Part shown: positions 50,231 through 63,695 of the stretch, one piece after another
How positions within the stretch are numbered: position 1 is the stretch's first letter
Layout of the letters: every line of letters starts with the position of its first letter
Assembly: GCA_043228905.1 (NCBI GenBank)
Contig: JBHGNT010000016.1
Location: forward strand, 3,720,001-3,784,000
Origin: Azolla caroliniana
Taxonomy: Eukaryota > Plantae > Polypodiophyta
Length of the DNA: 64,000 bases
Reading direction: 5' to 3'
The notes under the pieces: generated by a model
The model's database searches: none
What the model saw: only the letters and a program-made list of their open reading frames with translations
What the model was told of the DNA's origin: nothing
Translations under genes and position numbers: made by a program

Positions 50231-53200
50231 GTTGTTCTTGGTGCTACTAAAGCCTACATATGAAACATAACTTCATTTGCTGAAACGCATTAAGAATTGA
50301 CACAAGTGTTGTTGTACTTGTGTTTGCTTTCTTATGTGCAGATTCATGTACGTATCAATGGTATCATCTATCTATTGCAATAATGCTTAGGAAACATATC
50401 ATATTGTCAATTAAAATTAACGTTTGTTGTTTGGTATGAATCTCACAAGTCCTATTGGCACAAAATAACAACTCCTTCCTAGTTAAAACTCATGATCTAA
50501 AACCCAAAATCATGTGGTCTTCTAATTAAGAAGAATGTTGGATTGATGTGATGATCAATTACACGAGGAGACCTTGTTGTGCACCAAACAAAACAGAAAC
50601 AATATTACAATGGCTAGAAACCTTAAGTATGTTAACTTGGTGTGATAACTACTACACCATGAGACTCAAATGCTTGATGAGCTTATAGAGTAACGACAAA
50701 AATCAACCACACAATGACACCCAATTGATAAACTAACTTATAAAGTGATCACTAATGATGAAAAAGGTGTACTCTTTTTTCTTAGTTGTTGTCTCAAATT
50801 ATCCATTCCCATTGCTTTATAGCTTTGATAAAAATTCATTTGTTTGGTTCTTTATTTGTGTGGAGAATAATAGAATAAGAAAGGAGTTGAGAACACAAAA
50901 TCGATAAAAAATGGTGAAACAATCAAGAATGATTGCAATGTGTCCTTAACATTTGATAATGTGGGCCTTTTATCACATCATATGATACATGTGTGTGCAT
51001 TTGGACCATGAAACATGGGATAAATCACACTAGATGACAAGAGCCCTCAAGGTTGGATTATCATTTATAATAAATTCTACTTGTCTCAATGTATATACAC
51101 TTAGGAGTTAAACACTAGTAAAAAGAAAGAAATTAAAAACAATTCTCTCTTTATTTACATAAGATTACATCTAGTATAAGTAGACAATAAGTTAAGTACA
51201 ATGAGGGTGGAAATTTAGGGTTTGGGTTTAGGGTTCCTCTCTCTCCTTCAAAAGATGATGGAGGAGGTGACGGAGGCAAAATAGACAAGGGGGAAAATGT
51301 AGAAAATGGACGAAGGAGTTCCGTCGAAAGGAAAAGCTTCCTTCCATCGTCCTCAATGACCCTCTCTTCCCCTGTGTCAGCAAACCTCTCGTCGAATCGC
51401 ACACTCCAAACCGGGATTGGCAATGAAGGGAATTTATTTGCTACCTCTTGCATTCCTGCATAATTATCTTCACTACTTTGGATCCTTTTGCTTTCATGTG
51501 AGCTCATTAATACCTTGCCTATATTCTACACGTATAGATTTCCTATCTAGACTTGTACGTAACTAGCTAATTAATTAAAATGGCCTTTCCTCCTAATTGG
51601 ATTACTCTAATTCTACATTTACATATGGTCACCTTGGTTGGACGAACAACACCCCGACATGCCCACGAGAAAGTCTCCAAGGTGGATGAGTTGAAGATTA
51701 TTTACATTGGAAATCAATAAGTGCATAGAATATTCAAGCCATTGACGAGTCTCCAATAACATAAGAATTGAAGATGAACTAAAGTTTTTGAGAATGTAAG
51801 AAGTGTCTAAGGTGGATGAACAAAAGATATTCTACTATCATGTTTATATTGTCATTCAAAATAAAAGAAAGTTGTTCAAAAGTTGTCTAGTGTTTATATC
51901 CTCATCCAAGTGACAATCATCAAGAATGTAAGGGGGTCATGACTCATAAGTATTCAACAGATTTGCATGAGAATTTGCAATGAAGTAGTATTTAATGCAT
52001 TATTCATGCTGCACATATGTTTTTTTCTACCGATTGAAGATGTAATCAAGAAAATAACAAAGAGAGAGTTGTATTTTACTTGTAACATTATTATCTTAAA
52101 ATTTCCTTTCCATAGTTGTCCTAAGTAAGCATCAAGGATTCATCGGTATTTGTTAAGGATTAAAAAATCCATTGTCTTCATTGATATTGTAACTCTCAAG
52201 TCTTTATGTTATAGTTCATGTAATTAGATGAAGAGTATTTCAACATGTCTCGGCAATCGCATCAAAATAAGGAAAGATTACGCTTCATGTAATACTCTAT
52301 ATTGTATTGGTTTGTTGTTCTATAAAAAATAATCAAAATATTTTTCTACACTTTATCATTATAAAAAATAAAATGAAACATTTTCTTCAAAAAAACAATC
52401 GACGTACATTTGCCAAACAAGAGGTACTGCTTTTTGTTTTGCCGTATGTGATGTTTTCCTCCACCTATTTCAATATTTATCCACAATGGTCACCATACAA
52501 GCACTAATTTTGGTTACAATGGGGATAAAAACATTATTAACTTGTTTACTACTAAGTTCTCTTTTTTCATTCTTCCATCTTATACATAATTCACTTATTC
52601 ACAAATCATCGTCATTTTTCGCAAATAAGAGGTAATGCAACATGTTATGCTATTGCATCCAATCAAATGCCTTGCTAGCATCGTGGCTTAAGAGTACTCG
52701 ACATAGCACTTGACCTTTAGACCAAAACCTTAACATATAATAAAATATCTCATATTACTTTTCAAACTAGGAATTTTCGAATAACAACAGCTTTGTCGAG
52801 AGAATGCAAAGCTGCTAATGGCGCAATAGATGTTTTCCTTTTCGGGAAAAGTTACCAGTGTACTCAAAACTTATTTATTTTTCCCGAAAAGTGTGCTTGT
52901 TTAGATATCCAGAGATAGCCTATCAAGGATCGGGGCGAGGACCGAATCTCTTAATCGCAGAGCCTATGATGAAGCGAATGATTAAAGTTTTCATTAGAAG
53001 CAAGATCAAGTGAATATAATGAAACTTTTGAGCAGGGCGATCTATCATACCATGCTTTTGGATTAACTATTTATTACGAGGTAAATAAGCCTAAAAAATG
53101 GAAAAAAACAAAAAAAAACATTAAAAAAGGGGGGGGAAAACAAAAAAAAAACACACAAGAATGTTTGAATAATATTCGCATTCGTTTTCCAACGTAGGAA

Positions 53201-53278
53201 AACGAATGTTATGCTAGACGAACACGAATTTTACATACTATGGATCAGAGCATTTCTTTACTTTCCGAGTCAAAGGCC

Positions 53279-53279
<1 letters not shown>

Positions 53280-53322
<43 letters not shown>

Positions 53323-54060
53323 CAGGCAGGTAAACTAACTCTTTGTGTGTGTGTGTATTTTGTCCACGAAGAAGAAGAAGAAGAAGAAGAAGACGAGAGA
53401 GAGAGAGAGGAGGAGGAGGAGTTTTATGTAGTTTTTTTTGAAGGTAAAAAAAAAAAAAAACAGCAAAAAAGTTTATCCGGGCGATGCCTTGCTTCGTTTG
53501 TGCTTTTCCGGTTCCGATTGAATTCCATCGCTCGTTTTCGCGTCTCGCCGCCTTCTGTTGTCTGGTCTCTCTCTGCGTGTTTTGCGTTTTCGTTGATCTT
53601 CGATTTCTTATTTTTTTATTTTGGCCCTTTAGGGTTTCCATCAGACATTCCAATCCATCCACCCAAAACCATCGGACGGCAGATCGATCGATCGATCGAT
53701 CCAAGAGGAAGGAAGGAGGTAATCCGTAGGAGAACGGCGAAAATCAGAAGAAAAAGGAAGAAGAGATAGAGGAGAATCAGAAGCATCAGAAGGCAGGAAC
53801 AAACAGAAGGAAGAAGAAGAAAATTATCAGAAGAAGGTGCATCAGAAGGAAGAGGAAACAAAAAATTTATAGTAAGAAGGTGAGCCAAAAGGAGAAAACA
53901 GAACGAAGAAGGAAGAAGGGGAAGAATCCGAAAGACGAATTAGGAGAAAGGACGAAGAGAAGCAAGAAGAATATACAAATAGAAGGGAAAAAGAACGAGG
54001 AGAAGGGGTCAAGAAGAAGAAGAAGAAGAAGAAGAAGAAGAAGAAGAAGAGGAAGAGAGA
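53280..54060. repeat. Microsatellite-rich leader region: (AAT)n, (GAA)n, (GATC)n and purine tracts; probable 5' UTR exon(s) of the downstream gene
   Basis: Repeats directly visible. Donor-like sites GAG|GTAATC near 53718 and AAG|GTGAGC near 53879; telobox TTAGGGTTT near 53629. Confidence 0.6.
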
Positions 54061-55199
54061 GACAGAGAAAAAAGAGAGTGGATAATCTTCTTCTACTTCT
54101 TCTTGGCAAACCTCAACCTCAGCGCTCTCTAAGGAGTAAAAGAAAAAGAGAGAATGTTCTTCTGCATCAGCCTTTCAATCGCTTCCTATGCATCTTCTTG
54201 GTCAGTCTCCTCACAATGCTCTTCTTTTATCTTCTTATTCTTTTAAAAAAAATGTAATGCATGCTCTGCTTTTCTATGTATTAAAGCAAAAATGCACTCA
54301 ACTATCTGATGCTGAGATTTCTAGAACCAATTTCCTTGAAATTTTATCTACGAAAGACAAATCCTAAGCTTCAGTCATTGCTTTCTACTAGAGCATTTTC
54401 AGGGCTTATCTCTCCACCAAAACATGGTCATTAGTATCATGGAACCTTATCTGCACAAAAATTCCAGGAGTTCTAGGTTGTTATATTTTCCACGGAGGCT
54501 TTATCTGCGAACAAAACCCGATCTTCATTCCGTTGAAACATTATTCTGCATGAAACATGATATGCAAAAAGCAAAACTGATAATTTTACAAATAACCCAA
54601 AAGTTATTATCCAGCTCAGAGCTCTAGGCCTTTCCTGTGCAAAATGAAATTGAGAGTTAAAAGCCTCCTTCTATTTAAGCTTATCTACACCAAAACATTT
54701 TTATTTCTCTAGTTTCTTGTTTAGAGTTATAGGACATATGTTTAATTTCCATTCAAATTTATCTGCCAAACAAAGTTGAGAATGTTATTCTTTAGGCCTT
54801 CTTTTCCTGAACATGTATCTGCAAAACAAAGAAGGTGGTTTTGCAAATGCATCTTGCTGCGAGTTCTAGGATGTATTTTTCCTTAAAACTTATCTCCACT
54901 AAAGATGATTTGCAATATCACACGTCGAAAGAAATTCAGTAGCTATTACAACCTTCCTGGGATCTGCAATTTGCATGCGTAATAAAGCACAAACCATACA
55001 CACATATATTGTAAGAGTGCACATCCAACTCATCTGCCAGCCATAGAGCCAAAACACCCCAAGCCTGGGAGGTAGCAATAGAAAGGCATCTCATCCCTCT
55101 AGCTCACACCTAACAGAGAGAAAAGAAGTTGATGCATGCTCAAAAGAGGGTGATCAGTTCATAAATATGGGACCGGTGTCCTAGTTATAGTATTACCTG

Positions 55200-55425
55200 A
55201 CATCCCTCCATCTCAAATTGCATTCAAGCACTAAAGATGACTATGGATTTTCATGTTGCAATGGCCATCCCGATGTCTTGGGGTGTAAACTACATCCCTT
55301 ACTATGCATTGTGTACATCCATCTAAAATTGCATTCAAACACCGAAAGTCGCTATGGATTTTCATATCACAATGTCCATCTTAATGTCTTGAGATGTAGC
55401 TACACCCCCCATTATGCAGAGTGCA
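55200..55425. repeat. Diverged tandem duplication, about 110 bp x2
   Basis: ccatct.aaattgcattcaa..ctatggattttcat..atgtcttg..ctaca occurs twice. Confidence 0.7.
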
Positions 55426-55479
55426 GATATTAGGTTCAAGAACCACAAACTGAATTGTTTGTTTGATAACAGATGTAAC

Positions 55480-56640
55480 ACCAGCACTTCTCTATGGGGT
55501 AGAAATTTGTGGACCAAGCCGTCATCGGGCTCATAACTGGAGAAATTTAGAGAGACGTAAACCATTGGTGCCCCATGATATAATTTGGATGGACACGGGA
55601 GCAACCCCAAAACTAACCGAGGCATTATTCTGATTAGCTACCAATAAGTATCCAACAGATTTGGGAGCTCTCTATGCAAAGTTACTGAAACTTAGCAATT
55701 AGGTCATTAAAACAGCTGGCTGAAAATTGAGAGAATCATTGCAAGAATGGTTCCAGTCGCATGGCATAAGTATAAATGCATCAGCCATTCCAATATAGCC
55801 TGGATTGTTCACACCTGAACATGATTGAGGGGGAAAAGAATAGAGTGATCCTAACTGATATCATTAAATTGGAAAATGATGAACGTGGATTAGCCTTACA
55901 ACATCTCTTGGTAGACAGATGGCCCACCACAAGGCACTGTTTCTACATGTCATAGGATGGATTTTGTACACATCATCTGTCTTATTGTGTTGTGTAGTAT
56001 GATAGGGCAGCTCAGGACTGCCTCACATCAGTTAGAATTCCAGATGGACAAATAAGTATGCAAACCTATAGAAGAATAGATATGCCAACTGTGTCATCAC
56101 AGGGTGGAGATACAATTGCCACTTCAGTCAAGCCTTTGCCCTGCCACACAAGATCATGGAATGTGACAACTAATGGTATTTGGGACTGTAAGTTGTTGAA
56201 GGACAACAATGACCACAACAGCTCGTCAACAAGAAGAATCACGACTTTCTTAACCAAGACACTTGAAATGGGTTACAGTAGATCAGGCAATTGCTATGTG
56301 TCATGCACGTAGCCCACGACCATATGGACCATGGCCTTGTCACCCTGGACATCAATAATTAAAGGCCATTATCACCTAGCACCAAAGGTGCTTCCATTGC
56401 TTCTTAAATCTCTCCATCTTGGAGTGGCCCTTGATAGCGATTTTTCAAAGATAAAAACTTTCAGTCTAAGTTTAGAATCAAGTTCTTAGATATGTAGAGT
56501 CTTTAGTATCATATGTTTTATTGTATCTATTTTGGTTTTTTGTTCCTAAAGACGAGAAAACATTGTAATGTGTAATATCTTTTTTGGTCTTATAGGCTAT
56601 TTTGGCCTCTTTAAAAACGTTAACATAGTTTTTTTTTTTT
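55480..56640 (+). mobile_element. Degenerate RTE-like LINE 3' portion
   Basis: LYGVEI(W)GP-like fragment near 55490. The region 55560-55680 resembles the reverse complement of 61410-61480. The 3' tail 56540-56640 matches 22826-22910 and ends in poly-T. Confidence 0.7.
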
Positions 56641-57195
56641 ATCTTCCTGTTTAAAGTTATGATTGTGCTTGCTTTATTATTTTCCCATTGCAAACCCGCA
56701 TTGTTTAGGATGAGTATAGTTACATGCATCTCAAACATAACTGTGTTCATATCTTATGCTAGAAAAAACTCAATTTTTATAGCTGCATCTATTATTTATT
56801 TTAAATCATTAATCATGCTTCTCATAAGATTTAATTTGTGAGCATACAAATTTTAAATATATGTGGCCTATTCTATGTAACTTTATTTGCATTTGTGATT
56901 CTCTTTAGTGCTTAATTGTAGTTATTCATCTTTGTTCTAACATTTTTTATATACAATCAGCATATTGCTTCGCATTTAACATAGTTTTTAGTAACCTTAT
57001 TATTTTAATAGATAAAAACAACCTGCTCTCCTTTCCGTTTCTGTATTAAACTGATTTTATTCTGGGTTTCTGAAATATTTATATATTATTGAGGCAGAAC
57101 TCAATGTCATCAGGAAGGCAATTTGGGAATGTACGTCTGGATTATTTTATCTTTCCAGATTTGAGAATCTCTAGAAGGAACCAAATCTATCTGTC

Positions 57196-60100
57196 ATGGC
57201 TGGTTATTCTAGCAGAAGCACTGTCCCCGATGATGTGATAATCATTGATGATGGTGGGGATAGTGAGGTGGAAGATCAAGATCACAGCTCAAGCTGTCAA
57301 CTGGGTACCGATGATTCTGATTTGTTCATATCTGAGATTTCAGACAGTTCTGATGAAGAAGATTGCATTGTCTTGGAGCATCGTCCTATCAGAAGATCTT
57401 CAGTTTCCTTCAAAAGGATTCCAACAACAAGAAGGAGGTGTAAGCTGGAGAAATGCAGTGATCCAAATGACTTATCTGACTGTGAAATAATTACAGATGT
57501 TGATGGTAAGGTTCGAAAGGATTGGGAAGAGGCTGCCCTTCGGCGGCGTATGGCCAATGCAGATATTGATCGAAAGGCCCATGAAGGTTTTGGGGAGTCT
57601 TCTCGTAGGAAACACAATCTAAATCCTGTCAACATCCCTAGTTACAGAGCTAAAAGTGAAGAAAGTACTAGTGTTTCAAATCATGCCAACAGTGATGCAG
57701 ATCAAAATCCAAATGTGAAGCAACATTCTAATAGACAACGCCAGGACATCAGAGACCAGGATCATGCTGATACTCTGCATGGATGTAGTACCTTAGCAGA
57801 TGGAGTGGATTCAATTCATGTAGACACAAGGAAACAATCAGATACTCAGTCTGACCAGGAAGATTTAAATCCAGATGCTTCTGATGCCAGATCAGACGAT
57901 ACTATTGACGAACCTTCTTTAACAGGGAATATTCCCAGTAGCACAATCAACAGTGTACAATTAGATGAAGGTGATAAACCTTCACTTGACAATCCATCAC
58001 CGCCGGATGGGCTCAATGATGTTGGAACATCTGATGGATCAAGTGATAGTCATACACAGTCTGTTCAAACATTGGGAGTAGATGGAAATCCAATTATTGG
58101 AGACAGTAATGTGATTGGTAGAGAGATATTGAAACAAACGGAAGAGTTCCAAAATGCAGATGCGGAGGAATGGGCAAGGCGCCACAGGGAGCTACAAAAG
58201 CAGGTTGATTATAATAGTCATACAGTTTTATACATATTTAACATTTGCTTTCATCATGTATGCAAAAATTCTAAACTATATTTTGTTTCAATAGGCTGAA
58301 GAAGCTCTACGGGAACGAAAAAGAAGGAGGGTAGAAGGAGTAAGAAGGCTAGAAATGGAGAATAGGCAGAGACAGAGATTAGAGGAGATAAGACAAAGCC
58401 AGCTGAAGGTAATAAATTAATTTGTTTGTATAAGAATATAAATAAAGTATGTATCGATATAATTTAGTTCACTATGCTCTACTTGCTTGAATCATATTCC
58501 TTTTGTCTTTCTGGATCCACATTGCAACCTAGTTATCCTTAACATTAGTTTAAATCAGTACTACAAGTTTGGAAAACCATGTTGTAAAGTAAAAAGTTAT
58601 TATATCTACATTTATATCATGAGAAAGAAATGATAAAGTGATTTTATGAACCACTGCAAAGTGATGTATGTCTCTACATGTGGCGTTAAGGATTCTTTCC
58701 TGATTACAAGCAAAAAGGAGTTTCAACATGTCATGTGCTGCAAATGAGTTGCAACTTCTGGCTTGAGTATTCAATGGATGAAGCTTTTGGAATATTGTGA
58801 TTATGTGGTATGAAGACCTCAAAGTGCTTTGTAACAGCGAATGTTATTTTTTGGGAAAGTAGAGAAAAGAAAGAAAGGAATGGGAGATGGATCAAACAAG
58901 TAGAGCATAGTGAACTAAATTATTTTTATTTTTATTTCTGTGAGAACTTGATACGTTTGTTCTCAAACCATGCTAACAACAATGCAGTTTCTCATTTTGC
59001 CTCTCTCATAAAGTTTCACGATCCTCTTATTTTAGGCCATTCTCTTTTATCATTATCTTCTCCGTTGGCTCATCTTATCATAGGCAAAGAGGAAGTGTAT
59101 ACAATAAATATACACTACCTTACGTTCGTACAATATTATGTTTGTTTCAAGATAGATCTCAAAACATCACACATACATATGTGTGAGAGAAACCTCAATG
59201 CGCACATCTCTATAATATGTGTAAACTTCCGATTGAAAGAAACTCGGGATGTCGCCACCAAATGTTTATAAAAATGAAATAGACAGCTTCACATTTTCCT
59301 AAAACAATGCATGCATTTCACTTTCATGTCGTCTACATTTTTCATCTTGCCATTTCATCCAAGCATCTTCTATGCCAGATATCAAGAAGAAGAAGAAGAC
59401 ATGTTGACATTAACGTCCCTAAGAGGTCAAAATGACATAAGACCCAACAGGGAATGCATCTATAATGTGTTCCATTTTGAAGAACATATCAAGAAGAAGA
59501 AGAAGACATGTTGGCATTAACGTCCCTAAGAGGTCAAAATGACATAAGACCCAACAGGGAATACATCTATAATGTGTTCCATTTTGAAGAACATATCAAG
59601 AAGAAGAAGAAGACATGTTGGCATTAACGTCCCTAAGAGGTCAAAATGACATAAGACCCAACAGGGAATACATCTATAATGTGTTCCATTTTGAAGAACA
59701 ACAAAAGGAAGGATTAATGCCTAACACATTTTATTTATTACTTAACCTTATAGGCAACTGACCGTTGGTATAAGCTAATTTGGGTTCCAAAGAGATGAGA
59801 TTTCTCTTGTTTGATGTTCTCCTTATAGGCAGGTCTAAGATGGAGAGTTTCCAAAGCGTGGAAATACTCTTTGATTTTGGGAACTGATGGGTGTTAAGGT
59901 GGAGGTCAAGTACAGTTTGACGTTGTGGAATTACTTTGCTCATGTAGCCTATTCATTTTTTGTGTTTTGGTCCTTGAAGATTCTCTCTTTGGTTGGTGTG
60001 TGTTGACATGTTTAATGTTACTGAATATTTGCAAGAATTCATTCTGACGTGAAGTTTGCGACAGTCTCATGTCTTCAACAGTGTTTCTATATACCTTTTC

Positions 60101-63100
60101 ATTCTTAGCATAACCAAGCCCAAACATCTTTGATCTTTGCATTCCATTACTTTGTACGATGGCCAAAAGCCTTGTTCTCAGAGGCAATGCTATCTTCCCC
60201 TAATTTCTCTGTTCTTCTCATTTACCATCTGACCACACAAATTGTTGAAGAAAGAAAGAAATATTAATGACTTTTAAGAGGCCAAAATAGGCTGGCTATA
60301 AGACCAACAAGAGATTACATCTTAAAATGTTGTCTCATCTTTGAGAACTACCAAAATAAATATAACTAAGCGAGAAAGTAAATAGAAATGGAAATAGTCT
60401 AAGAGTAATTAAAAAATCTCATAATCTATACGCATAAGATTCTCAAATCAGATATGTATTAATTTTTGTCTTCGATCTCTAGCATAGGTTGATCCAAAAT
60501 GGACAGGTCTGTAAAGCGAAGGAAGCGTTTATGATTGCCGGAGATAATGGCCTTTCTCTATTAATGACAAGGGTGATGAGATCATTGTCCACAAGGCCAA
60601 GGCCTATGTGCACGACAAATTGCTACTGCCTGATCTAATGTAACCCCTTTGCAATGTCTGGTCAGGAGTCCATTTGTGTAGACCTCAAGTTAACTTGTAG
60701 CATGAGTAGGAGAGATGGGGCTAAAGAAACTTGTGATTGTTCTTTGTTGATGAGCTTGTGTGGATGTATTGTTGTCAAACAATTTCTCCTCGTGTCTCTT
60801 GAGTTCTAGCTAGAAAAGCCTCACATATTGTTTATTCTCATATTCCATTACATTGCATAGTGGGCTAAAGCCTTGCATAAAGATGCAATGGTGTCACCCC
60901 TTATTTCATAAAAAAATGCTACAGTCACAAACATACTTTCTTCAGATTCCACTCCATGATGACACAATTGGCAAATTCTTTCTTCTAGAGGTATTCATGC
61001 ATATCTGCTTACGTCAATCTCTAACTGATGTCATTAAGTTCGCAGCTGCCCAATCACATTGTGCAGTTCATAGTATAGATGTATGTCCATATAAGATGGC
61101 CTGATAATTAATCCATCCTCTGATGTGTGTAAAAAGTGTCTTATAATGGGCAATATTCCTACCAAGAGGTGTAGGGCAGATCAAGGTTATTTTGTTTTCC
61201 AAGTTGACAATATCAGTTCGGATCACTCTATTCTTTTCCACTTTGGTCATGTTTAGTTGGGGACAATCCGAGCTATATTGGAATGGGGGTAGTGTGTTTA
61301 TGATTGTGCCATGTGACTCAAACCATTGTTGCATTTCACCATACCAGCAATGAATATTTCCATGTTCAGCAAGTTGTTTTGATGAAATACGTGCCACCTC
61401 GAGTACCTTTGTTTAGGGAGCTCCCAAAGCTGTTGGATATTGGTTATCGACGGAAATAATGTGTCAATGGATATTGGGGTTTTCCCAACTCTGCTTTGAA
61501 ATATTGCTCCTTATCATGCTGCAAATCATTGAGACTAAAGGTATCTCTAGATCTTTCCGGTTATTTGACTTGTTAATACTTGGTCACCAGGTTTCTACTC
61601 CATAGAAAAGAATTGGTGTGATCAGCGTATCAATTAGCCACAATTTAGGTTCATGGCTCTTGGAACTGCTCGTCTTTCACGTGCACCAAGAGCTGCATAT
61701 CTACGAGGAAGTTGTGCTAGCCAGAGCCTCCAACCACCCATTGGGAGAACACACCTTTCTTGACATGGATTCATATAGTGCATAAATTCCCCATCGCATA
61801 GCTATAGGGGCTCAAAGGGCTTCGAGCTGTTTCATGAACCAATCACATGGTACAATGTTGAAGGCTTTCTTTTCAGATATCCACAAAACAGCAATAAATC
61901 CTCTTATTATGGGCTCTGCACTCTTCGATTAGGACCTGGAGGGTTAGTATGTGATCCAAAGTTGTGAATTCCTTCTGAAAGCCTGCCTGTCCATGTTAGA
62001 GATTATTTGTAATGTAAGCATAAGACAAGGAATTAAATGATAGATAATAAAGAGGAAGAGAGAAAGAAGGGTGCTGATCCCAACCACCCTCAAGCAAAGG
62101 GATCGAGACGGGCCCGAGCCTTGATCGGCGTCCCATTCTCCTGCCATGGCATCGAGTCGTACTTGGTACTGGTGCACGCTCGCTACAAGAGTCTGTTCAC
62201 CACAATGTCAGTCTCGACATAGTCGAATAATGTGTCTAATGAGGGTAGCTAGGCCTTATATATATAGCTGTTCACACATGGCCCTTATTGGTCGTCTCAA
62301 TTCCTAGGATTAAAAGTAATCTTCCCTTCTTTACACTCTCGGTTAACCCTCACACTTTATCTTCGTGTGTAGAATACTATGGTACAAACTACCACAGGTT
62401 AAATTATGGTTATGCCCATAACAGTTCAGCCGTATGGTAGCCATTTCTGCCTACACATGAACTCAATTCTGACACTAGGATTGATCTTATAGTTTAGCCA
62501 AGTAATTGCCAATCATGGTGGTCCTATAATTTCTCAGCATCATGGTGTCTCCACCCTTGAAGATAGGTTCAATGGTATGTTCTGTCCAGCCAATAGGGAA
62601 ACCTTCACATGTAGCTCTATTAAAAAATATGTGCTTTCTAGCAATGAGAGCAAGCTATCACAGCTAGATAAAGTGCTCACCTACCAATCCATCATGATCT
62701 TGGGCCTTTTCAAATTATAACCGATCAATGGCGTTTCTTACACTTTGTGGAGTAAAAAAGTTGTATTGGCATGGTCATGAGCCATGTGAGTGGGGGCTGG
62801 CGGGGGATACGGTATAGTACCTTTACATATTCATGCTGCACCAGAGGGGAGGTAAGTTGCCTCTCACTAAACATTTTCCATGCTCTCTTACTCTCTTTGT
62901 CCTAGGAACAAGCAATATGCATGTGCGTGGAATATTGTTAAATATTATCTCTTCTTATTCCTCACGAGGTGTTGGAAGGTTGATCTTGCTTGTTTGTGTG
63001 TATCATGACATTTTTCATCATACCAACACTTTTTATGACTCGACCAGGTTTTGGTGCATTGCCTATGCTGTAGGAAAGGCATTTGTGGCTGCTTTATGTA

Positions 63101-63695
63101 ATGACTTTGACAATCCTTGTGTAACTTCGTATAAGGGTGCAAAAGGATCCAATTCTAGCATGCCATTATGTACTCCACAAATGTGCACATCAACTATCTC
63201 CCGAGTAAATTGGTATTTAGCAAGCCCGCTCTCCTTCTTTAGTGTATACATCCTCTCTATATAAATGGTGCATGTCATTTAGGTTTCATTGCCTAGTTTG
63301 ACCTTCATAATTATAACATTGGTTGTGATGCCTCAGAAAACATCGCATTTTTGTTTGGCAAATGTCTAATAGCCATCACTAAGCATGATGTTAAAATGAG
63401 CTTAATCTAAAGATTATTTCTATTTATTTTCAAATGGTAATTCGGCAGAAAATTGGAGTTATTATGTGGTAATTTCCTTTAAATATGTACCTGTTTCTCC
63501 AATCCATTTCCTTCTATAATTATTTATTGTTATCTATTTTCTAAGGAGGAACAAACTTCGGGTTACAAGGAACTGGTCAGGGGACGGATACAAAATGAAC
63601 TTGATAATCTTGCTACCACCTGCAGAGATATGGCAACCTTACTTTTTCGTCTAGGAATTCCTGTAGATGGTGGAGATTTCCCTACGAGCCAGCAG
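57196..63695 (+). CDS. Partial gene (continues beyond the window): acidic disordered N-terminus plus coiled coil, probably the plant family with a C-terminal J-domain
   Basis: Exons 57196-58203, 58295-58408 and 63546-63695 are in frame. Conserved-looking segments SDCEII..VRKDWEEAALRRR, REILKQTEEFQNADAEEWARRHRELQKQAEEA and CRDMATLLFRLGIPVDGG. The HPD motif is expected in a later exon and is not visible here. Confidence 0.75.
59379..59699 (-). repeat. 107-bp x3 tandem array of RTE-like LINE 3' ends
   Basis: Units start near 59379, 59486 and 59593. Each contains cattaacgtccctaagaggtcaaaatgacataagacc, similar to the reverse complement of the LINE tail at 22870-22910, next to an (AAG)n run. Confidence 0.85.
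60250..63400 (-). mobile_element. Degenerate RTE-like LINE (RT-containing), antisense in an intron and interrupted by a solo LTR; 5' end approximate
   Basis: Minus-strand fragments CWYDEKC, WTEHTIEPIFKGGD..RNYRT, GQAGFQKEFTTLDHILTL and TPILFYGVETW. The 3' region and (TTTC)n tail match 22225-22940. Confidence 0.85.
61994..62423. mobile_element. Solo LTR (430 bp) nested in the LINE RT
   Basis: TGTTA...TAACA termini and a 5-bp TSD GTCCA/GTTCA with 1 mismatch. The LINE RT sequence resumes on both sides. Confidence 0.85.

Noticed and set aside
51151-51507. 118-aa minus-strand ORF with telomere-like TTTAGGG motifs
   Set aside because: No domain similarity recognised and only two telomere-like units, so neither a gene call nor an interstitial telomere is supported.
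52960-53030. rRNA fragment or C/D snoRNA (ATGATGA; GCGAATGATTA resembles LSU rRNA; small hairpin)
   Set aside because: The match is only about a dozen bases, and there is no properly placed CTGA box D or terminal stem.
53279-54257. Several 80-140 aa ORFs with poly-E/R/L/Y runs
   Set aside because: These are translations of microsatellites and purine tracts in a leader region.
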